Assembly: GCF_006345805.1 (NCBI RefSeq)
Contig: NC_043006.1
Span: forward strand, 71,114,001-71,178,000
From: Octopus sinensis
Taxonomy: Eukaryota
Length of the DNA: 64,000 nucleotides
Direction: 5' to 3'
Positions 63,891 through 64,000 of the stretch are shown here, piece after piece; the stretch's first letter is position 1, and each line of letters opens with the position of its first letter. Below the pieces are notes generated by a model that saw only the letters and a list, made by a program, of their open reading frames with translations, was not told the origin of the DNA and did no database searches. The position numbers were made by a program, and so were the translations under genes.

Positions 63891-64000
63891 CCTGTTACCG
63901 ATAGTTTTTTTTTTTTTAGAATCCCTAGCTCAGTGTCAGTAACTACTATTCTTTGCTTATTGGATTGTGAGTTCAAATCTAGCCGTACAGACTATTCCTT

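Overview
AT-rich, microsatellite-saturated eukaryotic DNA, most likely from an octopus or other coleoid cephalopod. This is inferred from the tRNA-derived CORE-, Meta- and V-like SINE families, Dong/R4-like and Penelope-like retroelements and extreme (TA)n/(CATA)n/(ATT)n content. Most of the window looks like intron of a large minus-strand gene: there is one convincing Pro/Gly/Ala/Ser-rich exon (57065-57358) and several weaker candidate exons (19.9-20.4, 34.5-34.7, 37.9 and 56.9 kb). I could not identify the gene. The rest is transposon-derived: a 5'-truncated CR1-like LINE, a full-length decayed mariner, a nearly intact IR/DR Tc1, many Dong/R4-like fragments in (TAA)n, a 5'-inverted Tx1/L1-like copy, non-autonomous Helitrons, an 8-bp-TSD long-TIR element and >35 SINE copies. 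The most striking unexplained structure is a dense set of minimal type-I hammerhead ribozyme motifs: at least 7 with a canonical or near-canonical core, plus a small family with a variant core. One sits in an ORF-less ~337-bp tandem/inverted unit at 58.56-59.27 kb that resembles a retrozyme or mini-Penelope element. SINE family labels A-E and element F are my own. All alignments and folds were done by eye, and repeat boundaries are approximate.
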